Assembly (NCBI GenBank): GCA_000708835.1
Contig: DF237070.1
Coordinates: 1 to 64,000 of the forward strand
Direction of reading: 5' to 3'
Length of the DNA: 64,000 bases
DNA from: Klebsormidium nitens
Lineage: Eukaryota > Plantae > Klebsormidiophyceae
This document shows, one piece after another, positions 56,369-64,000 of the stretch. The notes beneath the pieces were generated by a model. The model made no database searches and was not told the origin of the DNA. It was given only the letters and a program-made list of their open reading frames with translations. Position 1 is the stretch's first letter. Each line of letters opens with the position of its first letter. Made by a program: the position numbers and the translations under genes.

Positions 56369-59300
56369 CTACGAGCTGACAATTTGGACCGACCAGTCTT
56401 CCGCGACCGACAGCCACGGCCGCTTGATAACCAACGCCGTTGCGTCGCCCCCACTGCCCATCACCGGCGGCTCGACCGCACTCTCCAGCTGGATCTTTCC
56501 GTCCGTGTCCCCAAGAACTGCTCGGAAAGTGCTGCTCTTCTCCGCAATCTTTGGCAAGCCCATCACAACAATCTTCTCAATCTTGTTGGGAAGCGCGAAC
56601 CCTTTGGCGCTTTCCCCGGTGGGGGCTGCGTCGGAACACTCTAACCGCCCGTTCTGGAACGTGAAGCGCCGCAGGACGTACGCTTCCTTTTCGTAGTCAA
56701 AGCTTCGCCCGTCGTCGACATAGAGGAGGCCCTCCGCGGCCCCAGTTGAGTTCAGAGCGATGTACTGCGAGAAGGGTGCGGCTGAGTGAATAGCGGAAAA
56801 ATCTGGCAGAAGCGTGAAGTTGCTGAAGAATCCTCATGCGGTATGCGTCAGCACAGTACAGACTGGCTCCGAAATAACCACAACAAGAGACTTGGAAAGT
56901 GGTTGTCAGATGAAAACGCTCAAAGATTGCGCAAATCTTGCAATTCTTGCCTTAACAATCATAGTTCGAATCTCGTGCACCAGTTCATAGACGGAGGAAG
57001 ACGTCTTGCATTTTCATCGTAACCCTATCGACTTGCGACTCCAAGCTTGTGTGTTGGGCAGAGAATATACCCACTGAGAATACACAGCCCGAGCTGCGGA
57101 TTCTAACGCCCATCTCAACCAAGTCGTCGAACAACTCATCCAATCTTCACACCGTCTTAGCTGCGCTGACCGGCCATATGATTTGGAAACGAACCCGATT
57201 CATGATTTTAGTGATCTACTGCTCAGCACTCACCAGAGTGTATGGATCGTTGGCCATCTGCGTGGTGCTCCGCCGTGGCCGGTCTTTCCGGGCGATGATG
57301 CTCCCGCCCCTCTGGAAGGCGGGGAAGCTCTCCAACCCGGTGACGGGCAACTGGACATAGGACAGCACGTGAGGGATGGGTTAGAGTTCCAGGAGATAAG
57401 AATGGGATGCAGTACTCGATATTCAGAGCCTTTTCCTGCTCCTAATGGACGAGGAAACCACAAAATCCTTTTGAACACACTCTTCAACAAAGAAGCATGC
57501 TCTCTAATCGAGGACCACAGGCTAAACTGTCACAGATCATAACAATGATGCAACACACAACGCGAGGTCACTTATAAGTATTCTCACTGGCGTCGTCAAA
57601 ATCTACATAACCGGAACATTGGGCGACTTTACGGTTGCGGGCCGCCTACCGTATCTGCGAGAAAATCACCACCACCGTAATCTGCGGTGTCTACTGGCTG
57701 ACTCACCGTAATTGCTTTCCCGGCCGCCCCGGTGTGTGCGGCCCCCGTACGGACTTCATACCAGGGCTCCTTGCCAGGGAAGAATGCGGACACCTGAAAG
57801 GCGTCCTTGGTTACAACCGGGTGTACGAGAATGTCCGAACCGAGCAGGAACGATTCGTCCAGCGCCCACGTGGAGGCCTCGTCGGGGTACTCCAACCAGA
57901 GTGGCCGCATCACCGGCAGGCCCGTCCTGAAGGGTTGAGATCCGGGTTAGAGGGCTGAAGGGTTGGGTTATGAGAGGTCAGGGTTACAGTGATTCGAGTG
58001 TACAATTCAGGGTTCGCGTTTGAGGTCAACGGACAGCCAGAGCGGCGGCATGACCGGAAGGCCCGTCCGGGGGGTTGAAGAGTTTGCGGTTCAGAATTCG
58101 AAGATTTAAGGGCTCAAGACTCAACACAATGCGGTCAGTTACGCCCCGTCAAAAACGACAAATCAGTGAACCTTTTACCAACGAGGGACCATGACACAGA
58201 AGAACGCCCAGTCAAAATCCACGCTCTGCACATTGTTCGGACGCAAGGCAGATATCTGAGAGCGTCAAATTGCTCGGAAAGAAGACCAATGAATTGACAG
58301 GAAAGAATGACCAACATAGATGAGTCCGTTTCCCGTCCTCTTTGCAAAGCATGTCACGATTATGTGAGGTACATGTAGGAGCGTTTGTCTCGTCCGAATC
58401 AGGCCAGGAATAAAACGTCGGCCACAGATTCTTAACGAGAAACACAAGTCTCCAGAGCCCTCAGGAACCCTCCGCGCTCACTTGTGGGCCTCGTAAAAGA
58501 CGGTGTAGACATAAGGCAGGAGGGCGTATCTCGTCCGGATCGCGTCGCGGATGAGCGTCGTGTACGGCTCGCCGAAGAGCCACGGCTCGCGGCGCTTGGT
58601 GTCGAGGTGCGCGTGGCCGCGGAAGAACGGGTAGTACGCACCGACCTGGTACCAGCGGGTGAGGAGGTCGGGCTCCGGGTTGCCAAAGAATCCGCCCACG
58701 TCAGCGCCTGAAAGCGACGCGTTGATGACGTCAGCTTGAGGTCAGCCAAAACCGGTCAAAATGTGGTGTCAAAATAAGGCTTCTCGTGCACCTCCATGAA
58801 ACCTTGAAGTGCGAGCTTTTGAAGAACCCGCCCACGTCCGCCTTAGAAAAGGATACGGTGCTGACGTCAGCATAGGGTCAGAGGTTGAGGAGGTTTGAAT
58901 GCTGGTGTCAGAAGTCTGCTGTGTGCGTCACTACAAGTACTGATGGAGGTCGGAAGCGCAGGAGACCCGAAAAGGCCACCGACTGCCTGCGCTGACAAGA
59001 CACCTAGCTGACGTCAGTCTGAGGTCAGTGGCCACGGAGGGTCAGCACTGGTGTCAGCTTATGGATCCAAGATTTCCAAGATTCTGCTGGAGCCTTAACT
59101 TCAGCAGCTCCAAGAAAAGCCATGCACATCCGCGCTTGAGACTGGCGTGCTGACATGTTCTTAAAAGATTCGCTTATGCTGCTGTCAGCGGTCGGGTTGG
59201 CACGTGCATTCACTGCAAGGGGCTAAAGAAATCCCTCTTGTAGACAGGTCGTATGCAATCCCTCGGGCTCAACCGCTGACGGCTTTGGACAAGGAGCACT

Positions 59301-62300
59301 TGCTATTGAGGTGTCCTCCGTGCATGGATTAGACAAGTGACCCGAAACTCCACCAGAAAAGCAAAGCTTGCGGCACAACTGCCATCAAATACCGACTTCT
59401 ATCGACACCCAAACCGAGAATGCCGTTCAAGTGCAGATTCTTACCCGCGAACGAGATGCCGGCGACTCCGAGGCTGAGCAGCATCGGCACCGACACCTGG
59501 AGGTGCGTCCACTCGGCGGTGTTGTCGCCCGTCCAAATTGCGCCGATGCGCTGCGTGCCTGCGAAGAACGCGCGCGAAAGGACGAACGGGCGGTCGTTGT
59601 TCTTGCCCCGCTTGAGAAGCCCTTCGACAGAGGCCTTGTGGAAGAGGAGGCCGTTCAGGTTGTGCAGGTCGCGGTGCTCGACGCCGTCGTAGTGCAGGTT
59701 GTCGCGGGGCATGGTTAACTGCGGGTTTAAAAAGTAGGTTTGAATCGGGTCTAATGCATATGAGCGGAAGGTCAAAAGACGTTGTCGAGGTTGCTTATGG
59801 AGGCCATATTGTTTGCCGCCGCCGTAATGTAGGTTACCTACGGAGCATGGTTAGCTGCAGAGTTAGGAAGCCGGGTTCAGATTGAGATCAGCATGTTTAG
59901 CCGCAGGTTAAAGAAGCGCTTGAACAAACATACCAATCAAGGTGAGGATGGTCAGAGCCTGCTTTACGCTCAATCTCTGTGGTGATTCTGGTGCTTGACG
60001 CCCCCACTCACGGTGCAGGTTAAACGGAACGAACTTAGCGGGTTCTAGATTTGGATTCCACTACGGACGAGCTCGTGTTGTTTATTCAACTGAAAAGAAC
60101 CGGAATTAGCACTAGCAACAGAGTTTGATGGCGTGAACCAATCGGCCAGAAGTTCGCCTTGACCTGCGAAGATGCTGGACACTCAAGTCATAGGTCAAAG
60201 GGAACAGGACACCAAGTTACAAGCTCCCATTGAGAGAGTCACCACTGAACGAGTGACACATGCAAATCCGTAGGTTCAAAGGGAAAAACGGCGTCTTTAC
60301 AACTGCCATAACCAAGATCAATAATCCATACCTCGGGCCCGTTGAAGACGCTGGGCTCGTTCATGTCGTTCCAGGAGTAGAGCGTGAGCGTCGACTCCTT
60401 GTATTTGTCCAGCAAGTACTGCTCGGCCCACCAGTCGCGCACCTCCGGGCTCAGCATGTCCAAATAAGAACTGGAGCCTGGCCAGCACCAACCCTCAAAG
60501 TCGTTGCCGTCCTTGTTCTTGACATAGTACCTGTGGGGGATTGGAATGGATTAGTCAACAAGATGACACACATTCAGGTTACCATGGCTTAAAATTGAGG
60601 TCAAATATAGCAACAAGCGATTCTTGTTGACATTGCTGCCAGCTGACCCTACCAATCTGCAGATACTCAACAAGAATGATGGGGTTGAACAATCCTCAAA
60701 AAGAAGCAGAGATGGACAGGGGTGCAGCCAAGGAACCCCGATTAGGCAGCTGCCAGAGGAGGGCTGAAATGGAGTGAAACCCCAAATCAAATATACGGTG
60801 GTCACTGCTACACGAACATGAGCACGTCTCTAAAACAAACGTTGACCCAGTCTTACCCTTTGGCTGTTGCCTCCTCATGGATGTAGTAGCCGGAATCTCG
60901 CTTGATGTGGGGGTCTACGATCGTAACCTGCAAGCGGTCAAGAAACGGATTGCAATTCTGACCACATTGGACACGCATCCTGAACACGGATGACTAGCAA
61001 CATCTTGCACTGTGCACTGCCAGCCCCAATTTCAAAAATATTGGTACCCAAAATCGTTCTAAAGCAGGCTGCTCAAAATGAGGTAGGGGGTAAAGGGGCC
61101 GTGCAGGGAAATTTCCAAAGTCCAGAACCCTGGGCATAAGGTCAGTGCACTTGGGGCTTCCGCAAGCACAAAACATGCGTCATCAGCGAAGAGAACTTCT
61201 CAGAGTATGGCTACATGTTCAACTCACCATCTTCCTGCCCTTGGCAGCGATGCGGTTCTGCATCTCCTTGGGGTGCGGAAACAGCGAATGGTCCCAAGTA
61301 AAGTACTTCTTGTGATCCGTGTGCTCAATGTCCAGCCACAGCACATCGTAGGGGATGTCGTGCTCGTCAAACCCGGCATCAACCGCGTTGACATCAGCCT
61401 CATCTTTGTAATTCCACCTACACTGGTGGTATGCGATCGAAAACAGCTGTGGCATCACCGGCTTTCCTGTGACTGTCGTATACTGCTGGACGACGTTCTT
61501 GGGGGTGGGGCCTAGGAGGAGGAACACGTCAAAGATGCCACTCTCGGCGATCCAGTGCGTGTCGATCCTGCTCTTGTCTTCCAACCCTGGGATCATATGC
61601 TCGGCCTTTGCCAGCACGTCGATGAACATCTCCGCGGCGTTGAGGAAGAACAGCCCTGCGGTGCCCTGCGCGCCATGAGCCATCATCATTGGGACTGCGC
61701 CATAGAGTCCAAAGGGCGACTCGTGCACGTACTCAAACACGTCCAGATTGAACAAGCGGTACGGTTCGGATTCTGCTCCCTCCAGGCCCTTGGTCGGCTT
61801 CAGAGGCAAGCGAGTGGCTCGCTCAGGAATCCCATAGAGCTGCTCTGCGTTGATGAAAGCAGCATCAAATGCAACGCTTGCCGGCCCCTTTGGTTTTGAG
61901 TCTGTGTGCGACTTGAAGATCTCCTCCCACGTTCCGGACTCCTCCTCGCTGATGTTTGCTGGTTTCTCCCGATAGTGCTCAAAATTGAACAGCCCCCGGC
62001 CGTTGATGGAAAGGATCGGTCTTCCATCAACAAACGCATCAATGCGGAAAGGATCATGCAAGATGCGGAGCTTGTTCCCCCCCAGAGTCAGCCAGGTGTC
62101 CTTGCTCGAGCGCGCAGACACAATTGGACTCTTCTTAGAATCCAAACCTTCATCCAAAACATCTGGCACCTCAAAGCGCTTCTTCTCAGGAACCTCCGTC
62201 ACTTTAACCCTCACAATTCCATCCCCATACGCGGAGATCTCCAGGGGCAATTCTACCCCCGGGAAGTCTTTGTTGATCACAGTCCCTGAGAGCCCCCCCC

Positions 62301-62502
62301 CAGCTGCCTGCTGCAATTTGCCCCCCAGAGCAAATGTGCTCGCACCCGGCTCCTTGGCCCTATTGCGCCGGCAGAAGGACGCCTCATGGCACTTGCGGAA
62401 CTCCTCTGATTTGACAGCGAAGGCGCATTGGCAGCTCAGAAGGAGGCAAAGAGCGAAGCCAATCAGCGCGGGAGACATCAGCACCTTCTCTCCACCCCCC
62501 AT
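56369..62502 (-). CDS. GANAB: Glucosidase II alpha subunit (GH31; GANAB / plant RSW3-PSL5 family), ~925 aa, 8 exons
   Basis: Exons 61228-62502, 60857-60927, 60332-60530, 59445-59718, 58482-58707, 57707-57926, 57234-57350, 56369-56764 (2778 nt). It has an N-terminal signal peptide followed by [20 protein letters not shown], the GH31 nucleophile motif [25 protein letters not shown] and PFFRGHAH. Confidence 0.95.
58037..58880 (-). repeat. Acceptor-side echoes in glucosidase II introns
   Basis: 58037-58067 copies the exon start at 57926 ([11 protein letters not shown] vs [11 protein letters not shown]). 58821-58841 copies ADVGGFF of the exon starting at 58707. Confidence 0.85.
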
Positions 62503-63037
62503 CGCAGCGCACCGAGTCTGGTCGCCTCCTCAGAATGCAACTGATCCACCCGTTGTTCAGAGGTGTTCAAATGTGGGGATGGTGTCCTCCAGGCTCCGCC
62601 CTGACCAGACGGTTGCTGCGTTGCATGCAGTTCGTGGCGTGGACGTGTGTTCCTGCAAGAGGGACAGCTCATGCAAGTTCTGGGGCACAGACACTCTTCC
62701 TCTAACAGGGCCTCTGGAATCACAGGCAGAGTGAGTGGTGCTCAGCTCAAAAGTGGAGGCCTTGTCAGAGGTCCTATTGACAACATCTTGAGACTGGAAC
62801 TTGTGGAAGTCGTGAACCTCTCTCGGAGGAAGAGACAGTTCTTGCTGCACAGGACAAAGTAAAACGTCAGAAAATGGTTATGACGCATGAAAGCGAAAGT
62901 ATTTGTCAGAGGGAAGGCGCTCTGCTTGTAAAAGCATGCTCTTTGATGGCCATCGTTTATTTGTAGTGTAATGCCGCAGGGTTTCCTACACCGTTGCTTT
63001 TGTGAAAGCACCCCCGCCGCTTCCTTTTGAGACGCCG

Positions 63038-63520
63038 ATGGCGGTGAAAGGTAAGGGTGCTGCTAAAAAGTTCCACCACCGCCGCCCGAAGCAACTTGAC
63101 CGAGACTTAGAGGAGATTGCATTTTTGGAAGCAACCATCAAGGCGGGAGCGCCCCCATCAGGCTCAAACCCACTCGCTTCTAACCCCTTGAAAGATGGAC
63201 AGAAGGCTTCTCAAGCATCAGAAGGCGCGTCAGAACTCCAGCCTTATGCAGGGGTCCGAGCGTTCGACGAGCTGCCGATATCAGAGAGGACGAAGAAGGG
63301 GCTGAAAGAAGCGAAGTATGTAAGCATGACAGCGATCCAGAGGGCCGCCATTCCGCACGCCCTGGCAGGGAGGGATGTGCTGGGGGCTGCTAAAACGGGG
63401 AGCGGGAAGACGCTCGCTTTTCTGGTGCCTACGCTGGAGAAGCTGTATAGGCTGAGGTGGGGTCCAATGGATGGGGTGGGGGCGCTTGTGATCTCCCCCA
63501 CACGAGAGCTGGCGCTGCAG
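63038..63520 (+). CDS. DDX10: DEAD-box RNA helicase DDX10/DBP4 family, first coding exon only (gene continues beyond the window)
   Basis: ATG at 63038 to donor CAG|GTTAGT at 63520. Encodes [46 protein letters not shown] and [24 protein letters not shown], typical of DBP4/DDX10. Confidence 0.85.
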
Positions 63521-64000
63521 GTTAGTAAGTTTTAGGGTTTTGTTAGGAGCCGAATGAGGAAGCATCGGGACTATTTGCAATGCACACTAAAATGATCTTG
63601 AAGACTAATGCTGTGAATTATTGGATTCTTTCTGGATGGTGGTGTGGATACTTGCAGTGGTCAATAATATTGCAGCTGGTTGATAATACTTTCAGGGTTT
63701 GGATGACAATGGTGGTAACGATGGTTCAGACTTCCTGATTGGTGGTGCAAACTTCTTTGTGCCTTGTCATCTCCGGATTTAATACTTATTACCACCTCTC
63801 AGAAAGAATTGGCAAATGTCCTCCAAATAATCTTTGAACTTTATACCAAAGAAAGACTTTTTACCACCACCATTCTGCACAACGCTCCAGAATTTTTTTG
63901 GTCATCTATTGTATCCTCATTTGTTTCCTACTTCACGTCTATCACCCATGTACTTACATCATCAGCAGCCTAAATGATTTCACCAGGACAAAGTGTCGGA

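Noticed and set aside
23762-58711. Many antisense and alternate-frame ORFs over dynein and glucosidase exons
   Set aside because: Expected by-product of GC3-rich codon usage (few stops off-frame); their boundaries track the real exons.
2347-58880. Echoes as assembly or haplotig artefacts
   Set aside because: Copies differ by about 2-40% with indels, occur in graded series and obey transcription polarity, which misassembly would not produce. Long-read confirmation is still needed.
63764-63973. 69-aa ORF at the window end
   Set aside because: AT-rich sequence that probably lies within the first DDX10 intron; no helicase motifs in frame.

Overview
This is eukaryotic nuclear DNA from a GC-rich, intron-dense green plant or alga with motile cilia. 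It most resembles a Klebsormidium-type streptophyte alga; this is an inference from gene content and intron style, not a database match. Five protein-coding genes could be assembled exon by exon with consistent phases: a DDX24/MAK5 DEAD-box helicase (minus, 9 exons, ~1039 aa), a CRT-like transporter (plus, 9 exons, ~447 aa), a DNAH1-type axonemal dynein heavy chain (plus, ~49 exons, ~4065 aa), the glucosidase II alpha subunit (minus, 8 exons, ~925 aa) and the first exon of a DDX10/DBP4 helicase. There is also an intron-containing tRNA-Val(UAC) and a 32-bp inverted repeat. The most unusual feature lies in the introns. About 25 of them carry decayed copies ('echoes') of the adjacent exon edge plus its splice site. 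Copies of exon starts lie upstream and copies of exon ends lie downstream, often in arrays of 2-4, with spacings mostly 110-175 bp. By manual tally the echo/exon differences are mostly synonymous. Introns also show strand-polarised, telomere-like ends: GGGTTTT-rich after the donor and AAAACCC-rich before the acceptor. No CRISPR array, rRNA gene or autonomous transposon ORF was found.
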